From contig NC_068984.1 in NCBI RefSeq assembly GCF_001194135.2, forward strand, positions 88,154,364 through 88,218,363: 64,000 nt of DNA, read 5' to 3'. Under the pieces are notes generated by a model, which made no database searches, had not been told where the DNA came from, and saw only the letters and a program-made list of their open reading frames with translations. This document shows, piece by piece, positions 1 to 12,755 of the stretch. A program made the position numbers and the translations under genes. This DNA comes from Octopus bimaculoides. Taxonomy: Eukaryota. How positions within the stretch are numbered: position 1 is the first letter of the stretch; every line of letters starts with the position of its first letter.

Positions 1-310
1 ACCAGCATTCTATCTCCCACACACACAGCCCATCGTTCTTCGATCACCGTTTGTTATCTCCCCCTTTTCTTATCTCTCCTGAAGAAAGAATTTCTAACTT
101 CCGGTCAGCCATTATTATGATTGACCGTTGACTGAACACTATTCAATTTTTTTTCTCCGTTGTTTTTCTCCTTGTCTCCGTATTCTTTCTGTTGAAGAGC
201 GTAGCTCGAAACGTCAAAGACTTTCCGTATTCCCGAGCGTCATATTAATACATCCTTTTGTTATTTACACCACCTGTCCTCGTCTGTTGTTATTTTTTTC
301 GTACATTCTC
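1..310 (+). mobile_element. Penelope-like pseudo-LTR/3' end with hammerhead motif, ending in (TA)n
   Basis: About 125-310 is a near-identical inverted copy of 34688-34880; contains the hammerhead-like motif 184-220. Confidence 0.65.
184..220 (+). ncRNA. Type I hammerhead ribozyme-like motif (A6U core)
   Basis: UCUUU CUGUUGA A GAGC-GUA-GCUC GAAA CG UC AAAGA; 5-bp stem I, 4-bp stem II, palindromic ACGU stem III. Confidence 0.6.
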
Positions 311-312
311 CG

Positions 313-356
<44 letters not shown>

Positions 357-382
357 ATGTATATGTATGTATATGTGTATGT
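311..382. repeat. (TA)n/(TG)n microsatellite
   Basis: Direct reading. Confidence 0.95.
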
Positions 383-627
383 ATTACCTACCAGACCTTT
401 ATAGTTCTTTTCAAACAATAAAGTTTCCAAGTTAATCTTTATCAGCAATGTTTCCAGGTTATCTCAACCTCATCTTCAGGATATGGAGTAACTTTGGTTT
501 CTTTGCTGGCATTTTTATAGTGAGCACATTATTATTATAAAGATTCTCCCACTACAGTAGGGAAAACGTTTGTTTTAAAATATCTAAAAATTCTTTCGAT
601 GACCGGATACTGTAATTCGAAATAAAC

Positions 628-629
<2 letters not shown>

Positions 630-687
<58 letters not shown>
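630..687. repeat. (TG)n microsatellite abutting an assembly gap
   Basis: Direct reading. Confidence 0.95.
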
Positions 688-772
688 NNNNNNNNNNNNN
701 NNNNNNNNNNNNNNNNNNNNNNNNNNNNNNNNNNNNNNNNNNNNNNNNNNNNNNNNNNNNNNNNNNNNNNNN

Positions 773-1570
773 TCTGGCGTTAATTTTTTGAAATTTTAAA
801 AAGTAAATGAAAATTTTCAAATTCGGTATATTGATGTAATTTTTCACGTTGAATATGTTACTGTTGTTCACTTGTTCCAGAAAGGTTTTAGAAAATGCTA
901 CAGTGGTTTAAAGTTTGATTATGTTATCCAATCACAAAACGGGATTTGGAAGCTGGCAGTTTCTGCGTAATAACGTTTATTAAATAAATGGAAGCAATAT
1001 ATTATGACATCGAAAGTTGAAAGAAGTTTTGAAGTTTTAATAGGTTTAAATGAATAAAGTCATGTGGAACGTTGGAACAGGCAATATAAAACGGAAAAAT
1101 CCTTAATTTTTTTTTTTTTTTTTTTTTGCGGAACATTACAAAAATACAAACTGTATGTTATACTACTATAGCTCGGTCCATGTAAACAATTAATGGCGAA
1201 AATTCAGAAACGAACGTTTGATATACACTAGAGTTAGAGTCAGATTTTAGGGTTGGGGTTTAAGGTTAGAATTTGTGTTTACGGTTAGAGTTCGGGTTTA
1301 GGGTTGAGGTTTGGGGTTAGAATTAGGATTTAAGGTCTAGAGTTTAGCATTGGAGTTTAAGGTTAGAATTAGGGCTTAGGGTTAGGCTTGGAACTTAGGG
1401 TTGGCGTTTAGGGCCACTCTGACTCGTGGATAACCTGGGGTTAATCAATTAGAAACATTTTTAGCGAACATTTTTCTAAAATTTTTCTGGAACAAGTAAA
1501 TATGAAAATCAGATTCAGCGTGAAAAATCACATCAAAATACCAAATTTGAAACGTTTAAATTTCTAACAC
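773..1570. mobile_element. Decayed DNA-transposon-like segment with about 100-bp inverted repeats and degenerate TTAGGG-like tract
   Basis: About 800-900 is the reverse complement of about 1465-1565; ttagggtt-like repeats at 1228-1412. Confidence 0.45.
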
Positions 1571-3032
1571 TCACAGTAACAGAAAAGACCCATTAGTTTT
1601 TCTGTCTGATAAAAGAATGCAAAACAAACGTTCGAACAGGAATGTAAACAATTTAAATAGGAAAATTCCTCAATGAAATTTGTTTGCGAAAAATTACAAA
1701 GGAATAAACTGTAGTAATACTGTACTTTAGTTCAATTCATGTAAACAATAGATTTTTTGTCGTGAAAATTCAAGAACGGAAGTTCAGAATATAGTAATTT
1801 TAAGCAGACAACAGCTTGTCTTGTTACAATGGAAACTGGGAGCAATATGTTTGTAGCTTACGATAGGATAAAATTACCCAAAATAGGCAAATATTAAGAA
1901 GCTATTAAACTTTTGTATTTATTAATTTATGGCAAAAATTAATTTCATCTCCATAACTAGCATGCACTACTACATGAATATACCAAATTTGAAATCAATT
2001 GTAACAAAATTAAAGGAATTGAAAAGTGAGAGCCAAGTAGAAAAGAACCCACAAAAGTTTTAAACTTTTATTAAAGGTTTGAATAATCAAGAGCGCTCAT
2101 ATAGTTGCTCTCTTTAAAACCATATCTTGCCTGTGTTGTATGTTCCCTTGCTTCAAGATAAGCTGTTTTTAATAAAAATTTCATGCGTTCATGAACAACT
2201 CGCATGTCTTCCTCCTCTCCATTATATGGTGTTAGAATTGACAAATCCTTAAACCATCCGGTGTGGAAGTCAAAGATAATTATCCCCGTATAAAGAGCAA
2301 CTGCCGCTACAAGACTTGTTTAAAGTAATTTTTAGGCTAAGAAAGTCATCATATAGCGCTAGTTCCAATAAATAGTTGGTCATACTATGCAAATCGTGAC
2401 GAAGTTTCAATTCGAGAATAATATGGTAATACGAAAGGAAGACATAGGGAGTAACAAAAAACGTTTTACCATTGAAACGTTTAGAAACCAAAACGTACAT
2501 TCTATGAAGCTCATCTAAAGAAGACTCAGGATCGACTTTCGAAGTCATAGTAATAATTGCCAGACCTTCAGTTCAATCATATATCGTGTCAAAAGCAATT
2601 CTAACACATGTAGCTCCGACACATTGCAGTTTTGAGCATGAAATCGGCGGTGAGTTTGTAGAAGACAGGAATAAATCAAATAATACAACTGATAGGTGGA
2701 TGATCTCTCTAACAGCTTTATGATAATCTGCGCATGATATTAGATTTGTGATAATTTGTGCAGCTGACCACAACCTTACGATCTTCAGGCTGAAAATTAT
2801 GGTGACCTTCTCGAAAATAATTTCGGACTTTCTTCTGTCGTCTTTCCTGTTCATATACATTTCTTAAATTTCTAACATCTGAAAAATCCATGGTCGTTTT
2901 TCTGCAAAATTACACGAAACTTGCTTGTTTAGAAAGTATAGTGAAGTGTGAAGTGGTGAAAACCACAAAAACTTCTCAGTTGATTGCGTCATTCAAATGT
3001 AACAATCAGCAAGTGTCGTTGCCAGTTTATTT

Positions 3033-3793
3033 GGATCTAGTTCAAAACGGGGGCACCAGTATTTTCTTAACGAAACACTTTGAAACTTGGGACACTGGTA
3101 GAATGTGTCATATAAAACATCTTTTTCTCTTAGTCTTCTTAAGAAAAATTATTATATTGCAACTTATTTCATGTTAAAGTTGTCGTATTTCTGTAATTTC
3201 AACCAATGACTGACGTCCATTCAGCAGAATACAGTAAGTGCTGACTACGTAAACAAACGATCCTCAAACGATTCTGGCGGTGATAAAATTATTATTTCCT
3301 TGTCAAAAAATGGCTGAAGCATATTGGCAGTAGGGTTAGGGTTAGGGTTAGGGNNNNNNNNNNNNNNNNNNNNNNNNNNNNNNNNNNNNNNNNNNNNNNN
3401 NNNNNNNNNNNNNNNNNNNNNNNNNNNNNNNNNNNNNNNNNNNNNNNNNNNNNNNNNNNNNNNNNNNNNNNNNNNNNNNNNNNNNNNNNNNNNNNNNNNN
3501 NNNNNNNNNNNNNNNNNNNNNNNNNNNNNNNNNNNNNNNNNNNNNNNNNNNNNNNNNNNNNNNNNNNNNNNNNNNNNNNNNNNNNNNNNNNNNNNNNNNN
3601 NNNNNNNNNNNNNNNNNNNNNNNNNNNNNNNNNNNNNNNNNNNNNNNNNNNNNNNNNNNNNNNNNNNNNNNNNNNNNNNNNNNNNNNNNNNNNNNNNNNN
3701 NNNNNNNNNNNNNNNNNCTATAACACAAAATAGATAAGTATACGAAGTTTGAAAGTCTTTTGAAAACTGGTGCCCCCGTTTTGAACTAGATCC
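3033..3793. mobile_element. MITE with perfect 28-bp TIRs, 8-bp TSD and internal (TTAGGG)n
   Basis: TIR GGATCTAGTTCAAAACGGGGGCACCAGT at 3033-3060 and 3766-3793; GTTTATTT duplicated at 3025-3032 and 3794-3801; (TAGGGT)n at 3330-3353 runs into a gap. Confidence 0.88.
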
Positions 3794-4121
3794 GTTTATT
3801 TGAATAATTAAACTTTTCACTTGTATTTGGATGTTAAACTATTTATTGGTCTTTAATATTTGAAATGTATTAAACTGTTTATTATTTACAACGTGATAGT
3901 TAAGCAACGTATAACATTAAAATTTAAAAATTAGATATGCATTTCAACAAAGCTTAAATTCAGTTACCAAAATAACTTGAAATGTTTTAAAATTTATTTA
4001 ATGCCTAAAACTATTGCGACCTCCTGACACGAACACGACTCCAACAGTCAAGTCAGCAAGCTAGGAAACAGCAAGCCAACTTGCTTAGATTTGAAGTAGT
4101 CGGACCCGCCTGGATGTTTTG

Positions 4122-4800
4122 TGTAATGTGGTTTTTCGTCGCCCGGGTTCACTTCGACTGGTTACATCGCATCTTTACACCGACTGTCTTCGTTGCCAAC
4201 TTCACACTACGCTGTTTTGTATATGTTGCCAACTGACACCACGCGTTCTTTACGTTGCCAACTGACACTGCGCGTTCCTTCACCTGTTCAAATCGTCCAC
4301 CTCACGACAAAGAAGCACAGAAAAAAAAAACGTGCAGCATGCTTCGTATCAGTCACGTGATCATTAACGTTATTTCTCCTTCTTAACACTACATCCTCCC
4401 TAGACCTTTGTCGTCGGCCCGACAAAAATATACATTTATAACTTCAGTCCTTACGGTAACTCTCTTGCTCTTGCACTTCTTCTCCTTAGTCTTCCCTAGT
4501 AACTTCGTCAATAGATATGTCTAACCTCCCAAAGAGGTTCCAGCTGAGCTGGCCAGGCCCATAGTACTTCTACTGGCGTTTCACATGCATAATTTTTGGA
4601 CGAGACCTCTAGCCTCCTCGAATCTGGTACGTCATGTCGGACAGGCGATTCATCACAGTATAGGGTCCTTCCCATAGACTCTGCAGCTTCCGCTGGGGGA
4701 TAATATAGTCACACTTCATCTCCTTCCATAAAGTTTATCTCACTAACCCTAGCATCATGCCGACGTTTCATCACTCCACTCGAAAACTTTAGAGCTTCCC
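4122..4800 (-). mobile_element. Gypsy LTR retrotransposon 3' fragment (integrase C-terminus, PPT, candidate LTR 4122-4393)
   Basis: Minus translation KLQSLWEGPYTVMNRLSDMTYQI..MHVKR with stops (GPY/F motif); purine tract GGGAGGA then TGTAGTG; imperfect inverted end tgtaatgt at 4122. Confidence 0.7.
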
Positions 4801-4804
4801 TAAC

Positions 4805-4875
4805 TTTTGTGACCAGAAATTTCAGTCCCGGAAAATTTGGTCCCAGAAATTTCAGTCCCGGAAAATTTGGTCCCA
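4805..4875. repeat. Tandem 15/30-bp repeats of the same type as the MULE TIR subrepeats (orphan TIR)
   Basis: (ccagaaatttcagtcccggaaaatttggtc) repeated about twice. Confidence 0.75.
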
Positions 4876-5199
4876 GAAATTATTAGTAAACTACCCATGA
4901 AAAGATTAATTAAACAAATAAAAAATAATACATAACTAAATAGATGAGTAATTTTATTGAAAAAATAAATAAAACAATGTATAAAACAGTAAAAAATATA
5001 TTCATTATATATATATTTATATATAATATTACCTCTTGTCAGACACAAGAAATTAGAAAAATTGGGTCCGAGAAAATTCGGTCCCGGAAAATATTGATCC
5101 CAGACGTTATTAATAGACTTCCCATGTGAACATTGATTTAATTAATCAGTATAAATAGAAAACAAAATAGAATAATAATTTTATTAATAAAAATATATA

Positions 5200-5557
5200 C
5201 ATGGTACTCCGTCGGTTACGACGGCGAGGGTTCCAGGTGATCCGATCAATGGAACAGCCTGCTCGTGAATATAACGTGCAAGGGGATGAGCACTCCACCG
5301 ACATGTGTACCCTTAACGTAGTTCTCGAGGAGATTCAACGTGACAAAGCCGGCCCTTTGCAATACAGGTCCAGCAGAAACATGAAGAAAGTTGTGGTGAA
5401 AGAGTACAGCAGGGTTCACCACCACCCCCTGCCGGAGCCTCGTGGTGATTAGATGTTTTCGCGCAATAAACACTCACAACGTCCGGTCTGGGAATCGAAA
5501 CCGCGATCCCATGACCGCGAGTCCGCTGACCTAACCACTGGGCCATTGCGACTCCAC
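5200..5557 (-). mobile_element. tRNA-derived SINE inserted in the MULE
   Basis: Minus strand A box TGGCCCAGTGGTTAGG and B box GGTTTCGATTCCC; GC-rich body in AT-rich flanks. Confidence 0.8.
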
Positions 5558-5877
5558 AACAAAAATATAAAAATCACATGTATAAACCAGCAGAAAAATC
5601 AGGGTAACTCCTGTTTAAACCATCAAAAACAATATTTCCTTTTATCAAACATATTAAACAAAGGGATTACGAAAATAGGTCTGAGAACATTTTGTCCCTG
5701 AAACTTAAACCAAAGAATTTAATGAATGAGCAATTGCCTTTAGGAAAGTTAATTTATCATTATTATCATAAGACTGCACAAGGTTTTTTTTATCCGCGTA
5801 TCTATTGACAGGTATTTTCTCTTTTTCTCTGGATTATCTCCTCTTTGAACATGAATTATTTTGGTCTGTAAAAGTGA

Positions 5878-7016
5878 TTATTCTTTTCGAAGAGCATCAA
5901 TAAGCTTCCAGATGTTTGGGTGCTTGCTTGTTATTGATATACGCAATGCTGAGTGAAACCCCTCAAGAACATAGTTTGTCCGAGGCAATTCCTGAATTAC
6001 TCGACTATAAACATTCCAAAAATTAACTGGATACAAGGGCTCTTCTCCTCTGCTACGTCTTCCTCTCTTTGGTCCAATGTATGTCAACTTGAAATAGCTT
6101 ATAGAATCTGTTGGAATTGATTCGTCCTCACAGAGATCTTCATACGTATCAATTACTTCTTCCGGTAGCGCAGAACATTTTTATTTTAGTGGCAAAATAA
6201 AAACCATCAGTACTATATTGAACTTTATATCCGAGTTGGCATAATTTCCTATAAACTGTCAGGCAAAAATGAAATAAACAACCTGCGCTGATGCTTCCAT
6301 TAAAGTTATGATCACAACTGTTAGGATTTGCACGTTCAAAGTCAATCAATACTTGACGAGGTTTAATATTGAGCCACAGTTTTTTTTTTTTTTTCAAGAA
6401 AAGTCTTGTCATATGTTGCTAGTGTTTTGTCCGGTAGTAGAATGAAAGGTCGAGGATAAGATCTACCGTTTATGATAGCAGGAATGGTGAGAAGCTGATA
6501 CCATGCACTTGGTGATGATTTGAATATGCCGTCCATTCCTAAAAATGAAATGTTTTCCAGTTGTTGAAGACCTTTGTCAGAGGCAAAAATTAAAATCCTC
6601 TTTTCATTATTACTGCCTGTGTCGCATTGCAGAAACAAATCACTGCCTTCCAAGTATTTAAAAGAATCAAGCACTTGAAATCCAGTTCGATGGAGAGGCA
6701 ACGAAGGAGCACCAAAAGCTTTATTGCGCCAGTGTGTAAAACTTCTATTATTTGTAGTTTCTGAAATGAGCACTCGAGTACTTGTTTCAACTCCATCTTG
6801 CAACTTTTTTCTTAATGCTGAAATGGCGAATCGTGCTTCCACTGCATTCAGTGCCGGTTCGTGATCATGATTATTGATTGTTGAAATAATTATAGGTTCA
6901 CCTGGTTTATTCTCTGTATGAACACGAGCACATGTATTGCGAATATCACAGCGCCAGTTTCCTTGTTTCATCGGAACTAAACTTATGAAAGTCGTAAACA
7001 TAATTAAGTTCATCAA
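5878..7016 (-). pseudogene. FLYWCH-type MULE transposase, frameshifted
   Basis: WRC..CARVH..HDH zinc finger; MDGIFK..YQL.TI; LIDFERA; GCLFHF; RTNYVLEGFHS..HPNIWKLI across three frames (one shift at a poly-T run). Confidence 0.9.
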
Positions 7017-8234
7017 TCAATTTGTCTTTGTTTTTCTCACTTTTAAAATATTTTGCAGCCATATTAGGGTTTCTTAAAATTGAAAATATTTGTTATCCTG
7101 TGAGTGAAATGACCTGTGGGCGAACGGATTCCATAATGGGCAAAATGACCGGATACCGATTTGAAAAATTGTCTGGGACCAAATTTATTGGGACCGAATT
7201 TTCGGGACCTAATTTTCCTAGAAATTTGAAAATAGGTTATAAAAAACAATAATAGTACATAATTAGTTAGTACAATAAATACAATAAAACAAAACTTAGT
7301 CATATATTACAATAAAATCTACCTATAACAACAAATTCACAGTAAAATTTGCTTCAGTTATTGCCAAGTGTTCACATTTTTAGTCTTGACCTAATGCCTG
7401 TTTTTTACATAAAGAATTTGCCCACGATATATACTATTCTACTTTGCATATAACTTTAGCTATATTGGTACTTCTGGCTCTCATTTTTTAAGTATTCTAG
7501 TGTGTCAATATTTTAACAAAATGATGGTACCTTTTTCAATTATAATGTTACTTTGTAAATTAAAATCAAATAATTTTTAATATTCAAATTTTATCTTTAC
7601 CTGCAATATTTTAAGTAAAAATGTTCTTGTATTGTACTTTACCAGATGTAATAACTTGTCCTGAATTTTTCCAAATGTAATAACTTGTCCTGTAATTTTC
7701 CAGGTTTATAATCTTAAGAAAATTATTTCTCTTGCTCGCATTTTTCCATGTAATCCTTGTTTTTACCAGTCTATGCTATTATGTTAAGTAATAATGTGTC
7801 AAATGTGTCAATTAGCGGTGCCGTTGATGATTTTTTTCCTTACCTCAGTGACATATATTAAAAGTCCCCTTATAGAACTATATTCATAAAAAAAGTATAG
7901 AACTATATTATCGCCCTCAAATTTGAGAAACAAACACTCACAACTTTTTTCTTTTAAAACTTCATTGCATGAGATTGATACCATGAAATTCCTTGAATTG
8001 AGCTCTATCATTTAAGCTTAATTAAAATATAGTTTGTTTTTAAAATAAAAAAGTTAATTGTACTTAAATCCAATTTTTTGCCTTACTTATATATTTTTTC
8101 ATGATATTTTACCTCACAATTTTTATTATACAAATTTTTGTTGCATGGAACCAAAACTATGAAATTCTTCATGCTTTCTTCTATCATTGAAGCTAAGATA
8201 AATATATTTTGCTTTTAAAATAAAAAGGCTACTT

Positions 8235-9720
8235 AAATCTGATTGGTGGCGTGTTGAGGTTGCAGGCGATTGTAGTTGATGAGGTGGAGGACGGCGTCGT
8301 CGTAGTGGTCGGAATGGACGTGATCACATGATTGGGAGGCGTGACAGTTGGCGGGGCAGGAGCAGAGTTTGGTGACCGATGTGCTGCCTGCATGAGTGTG
8401 AAGCTGAGGAAGAAGACTGTAAGAGTGATGAATTACTGGCCCAGAGAAGGTTTTCCTTTGAAGACGAGGACTTCCGTGCTGAGTTCGACGGCAAAAGATA
8501 GTCAATGGAGTATTTCTTGAAAGGAGAACCTCCCGTACTGAGAAACAGAATGAGCTGCTACGAGCATACCCAGAAAGGAGAAGCCAAGTTTGAGTTCGAG
8601 ACAGAAGTGAACAGATGGATAGAGGAGAGCATTCTTATGCCATAGAGAGAAGAAACGACGGGCGGTCTGCTGCCGTTGATGGCTGTGGTTCAAACAACAA
8701 AAGATAAGGTTCGACTGGTGCTAGACTTCAGGGAACTAAACGAATGTGTCCTGTCATATAGGTGGCGAGGTAGCGGGCGTGTATAGAGAAACCCTTCGTG
8801 AGTGGAAGCGAATACCTCAAATCGGCCTATCTGCAGCTCCATGTGTCAGAGAAGCTGTGTGAGTAACAACTGGTGGGGTACAGGGAAGAACGTACTGCCT
8901 GACTCGACTGGGTTTCAGAAATGCTGAATGCAGTGTTCTTGGAAAGGTAGCCTGTAGATGAGCTATTGATTGATAACAACCGTTTTTCGCTCAGAGCAAC
9001 CGAGAAAGATGCTTAGAAGATGGAGCACAAGAAGTTTCTTCAGCGCTGCATACATGCCAGATGGAAATAGGATTATGGAGTGGAACCACCGTATGTTTAA
9101 AGCCATGGCTGAGAGGGAACGAATCTCCCCTATGGAGGCAGTCTTCTGGTACAACATGTCACCCAGGGTAGGGCAAACCGAAGAGTCGGTCTTGCACAGG
9201 GCTATATTCCGGTACCAATGGAGACACCCGAGCGTGGTGCCGCAGCAGCAAGAGGTAGAAGGGAATACATCTGTGCAAGTTGGAGACAAAGTGTAGGTGG
9301 AGCCCTCGAATACTCAGTGCACAACGCAGTGGGAAAAAGAAAAGGTGACCAGGATCAGTATTCTGAATAATGTATCAGTAGATGGAATGTCACGTCACGT
9401 CCTGAATATTCGAAGGGTGATTAGCTCTTTCGATGACGAAGAGGAAGGGGAAGGTGCCCCCCAGGTGGATGGACGATTACGAGACAGAACAGGAGACCAA
9501 TGATCTTTAGATCAGGGGACATGGTGGAAGGAAGACTGAAAGCGATGAGAGATGACGTCACGCCGGCAAGTGAGAAGAAAAGTTTACCTCTGCGTTTTGT
9601 TTATCCTTGGGATGCTAGCAGTGACAGACGCCAGTCGTGGAGATAGAAAGGTCGTGACAACACGGGTGAAGAATTGACTAATCTGACAGCGGTACCCGAT
9701 TCTAAGTTGAGGTAAGAACA
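8235..9720 (+). mobile_element. Internally deleted Gypsy-type LTR retrotransposon (protease end, RT N-terminus, integrase, 3' region)
   Basis: VVGMDVI..GGVTV; LLPLMAVVQ..KDKVRLVLDFRELN; KSAYLQLHV..YCLTRLGF; FRSEQ..AAY.PDGN..E.NHR..EAVFWYNMSPR; many stops. Confidence 0.8.
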
Positions 9721-9809
9721 ACTTTATTTACGTGCATTCAAACCACAGTATATATTACAAAATCATAAAAAATGGTGTGTATATATACATATATATATAN
9801 NNNNNNNNN

Positions 9810-9839
<30 letters not shown>

Positions 9840-9852
<13 letters not shown>

Positions 9853-11988
9853 GGCAATTTGTTTGGTTGGCTGCTTGTTTGTATCAAGTTGTTGTCTACA
9901 CCCGTTAACGAATCTTCATGAAACTTTGCATACATGTTAAACCTCACATCCAGTTTGTTACTAGGCTCATTACAGTTTAATAAAAATCTATAATTGGACG
10001 GCTAGGGCTCCTAGGAGGGGTCCAGATATAACCTATGTATTTGCCTTTAACGGCCAAGGGGAAACTCATTCACTTTTCTTTATTACTCTCTTTTGCCCAC
10101 TGGTCATTTCTCCCTCCATTTATTAGAGAAGTAATATCATTAGAGTGAGCAGTTGCCAGTAGTTGCTCTGTATAAATACGTGTGCGTCCTACATTACATG
10201 GACTTTCTTACAAGAAGTTTGTCAGACAAGGTCAGTGATTTTACTATCAATTCTGTCCTAAGTCAATATATAAATTTAATGACATTTCATAGACCTACCT
10301 AAGATCTTTCATTTAAAACAAATTTGAGTAAAATTTGACCAGAGGTTACGGAGATATCAATGCCACAACTTATTTGCAAATTTTACCTTTAACGTCCTGT
10401 TTCTATGGTAAGCGTACAACATTTTTTCAAAATATTACATTTTAATTGGTATAAATCAAGTTGAGTATGTTTATTTCTTAGTATTTGAACTGTTAGGGTT
10501 ATTTTCACACTTTACCCAGAATAACCCTTAAACAAGTAAATAGTATTTTCCTCAACAATAGATCCATTTATTTCGGTTAGTGACTTACTCACGAATATAC
10601 CATGAATGACGATGCCTTTTATGTCACTTCAGCCAATTAACAAGCGCTGCATGAAGAACTGTTCTGCTTTTAGATAAATGCACTGTCATCACAAAGGTCA
10701 CACCCTGTTTACATATAAGAACACCTTAATTTATAATGATAGATGCGTTAATGTTTTGTAACAATGTACTCTATGTAACAACCAACTACACAAGCAGACA
10801 GAAATTGCCATTTATCTCTCAATAACATTGCAATCTGGAACAGTTGCCAGATGAGCATCACATTTACAATTCCATTGATGCTGTACTCAACATAGATTAA
10901 GCTGTGAATTATCCAGTTGAATTTTTGAATAGGCTAACATCACCCGGCCTCCCACCGCACAACTTGCACCTCAAATTGGGGTACTAGCGATGCTGCTTCG
11001 AAACCTTGATTCACTAAAGCTTTGCAATGGCACACTACTTATAATAAAGATGATGCCAGTAGTTTTGAAAACAATTTTGACTGGTAAAGCCTGTATTCAT
11101 TCCTAGAATTCCACTTATTCCCTCGGATATGCCTTTCCAGTACAAGCACCTGCAATTCCCGTTGAAACTGAGCTTTACAATGAGCATTAACAAGATACAG
11201 TGGCAGTCCTTGGATGTAGTAGGTCTGAACCTTGCGGAACCAGTTTTCTCCCATAGCCAATTTTATGTGGGATACTCAAGAGTCGACAATCCTAATCATT
11301 TGTTTATTTATACCCCACAAGGAAAGACTAAAAATGTTGTTTATCAAGAAGCTCTGCAAACTTAATAAGATTCACCAAATCATCAGGAATTTATTATTTA
11401 ACTGTAATATTTGTGTTGTAAATGTATTGATAATCTGTTATTCTATTTTAAAATCTATATGCAAATTTATTTGTATGTCTACTGTAATATTAAATGTCAG
11501 TCTGTTTCTACATTCATTGTAAATCTATTTCAACATTAGCCCTCCTAAGGGTTATATTCTCTGGGAATGCACAAAATCCCTTTTCAGAGTTACTTTGAAT
11601 TGTTATTATCACATATCCGATTTGCCTGTTATTACGTAACATGCTTCACAATTTTGGTATACATATCTTATTGGTATTTTCTCCGAAGTTCTATATACTC
11701 TGGGAACGCATTAAAGCCCTTTCCAGGGCTACTTTATTTGAATTGTTACTATTGGGTAACTAATTTGCATGTTATTACCTGACTTCACGATTTTGGAATT
11801 CATAACTTATTGGGATTTCCTAAAAACAAGACCCTCTGTAAGACGGTTCGGTATTCTCTGTAAATGCACAAAAACCGTTTTAAGGCCTACATACTTAGTA
11901 TTGTTACTATTGGATTCGTGAAACAATTATGAGAATGTGACAAGGGATAAGCCCCGCTTTTCTGGGAATTACCGGGTACCTCAGCTAG
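9840..11988 (+). mobile_element. Helitron deletion derivative with PIF1 helicase C-terminus and 3' CTAG
   Basis: YPVEFLN..GLPPHNL.LK..MLLRNL..LCNGT; QFPLKLSFTMSINK.Q.QSL..GL.L..PVFSH.Q.YV.YSRV; ends ccgggtacctcagCTAG|T; 5' end merges into (TA)n. Confidence 0.88.
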
Positions 11989-12755
11989 TGTGTATATATA
12001 TGTGTGTGTGTGTGTATACATATACATATAAATTTGACATGGGCGATTCTTTCTTGTCTTGGGATTCTTGGTCAAACGTCTGGGTTGAATTGCGAGAAAA
12101 ATTACATAGATGTATAGAATGATCCGGTGGTGATGCTGGGCTTTGTATTTTTTCATAGCTCCCATGGTTACCGAGATAATCTACTATAATAATACTCCTG
12201 TGTTTATGAATGAGAAAGGAAGGGGTGATAGATGAATAAGGAAGGAAGGAGTGATGTCATACTTGGTAGTGGGATGATGAAAATTGTACGCTGAAAAAAT
12301 AAATCAGCGTTTCAACTCAGTGTGAATGTATATGTATGTAAAGGGGGAGGGGTATGTGAATGTGTGTGTACGTGCAATGGAAGTGGGATGGTTTTTCTTT
12401 GTTCGCTTAGTATTTGGGTTTATTTTTTNNNNNNNNNNNNNNNNNNNNNNNNNNNNNNNNNNNNNNNNNNNNNNNNNNNNNNNNNNNNNNNNNNNNNNNN
12501 NNNNNNNNNNNNNNNNNNNNNNNNNNNNNNNNNNNNNNNNNNNNNNNNNNNNNNNNNNNNNNNNNNNNNNNNNNNNNNNNNNNNNNNNNNNNNNNNNNNN
12601 NNNNNNNNNNNNNNNNNNNNNNNNNNNNNNNNNNNNNNNNNNNNNNNNNNNNNNNNNNNNNNNNNNNNNNNNNNNNNNNNNNNNNNNNNNNNNNNNNNNN
12701 NTATATTGAAAAAAAAGTCGTCAGAATTTTGGAATAACTTTCATTTATTTTATAC

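Larger units (their letters stand above)
5056..7218 (-). mobile_element. MULE/Mutator-like DNA transposon, TIRs made of about 15-bp subrepeats
   Basis: Inverted ends G(A/G)AAAATT(G/A)GGTCC..; degenerate 9-bp TSD aagaaatta / tagaaattt; internal transposase. Confidence 0.85.

Noticed and set aside
2270-2860. Two minus-strand ORFs of about 95 aa
   Set aside because: No recognisable motif; possibly a decayed transposon, but not supportable
3330-3353. (TTAGGG)n as a true telomere
   Set aside because: It lies inside a TIR/TSD-bounded element with ordinary sequence on both sides
5200-5557. tRNA gene, or the overlapping short ORFs 5201..5546
   Set aside because: A and B boxes are followed by a long SINE body, with no full cloverleaf seen; the ORFs are incidental
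4805-7218. Short regularly spaced repeats resembling a CRISPR array
   Set aside because: They are 15-bp transposon TIR subrepeats without unique spacers, in a eukaryotic context
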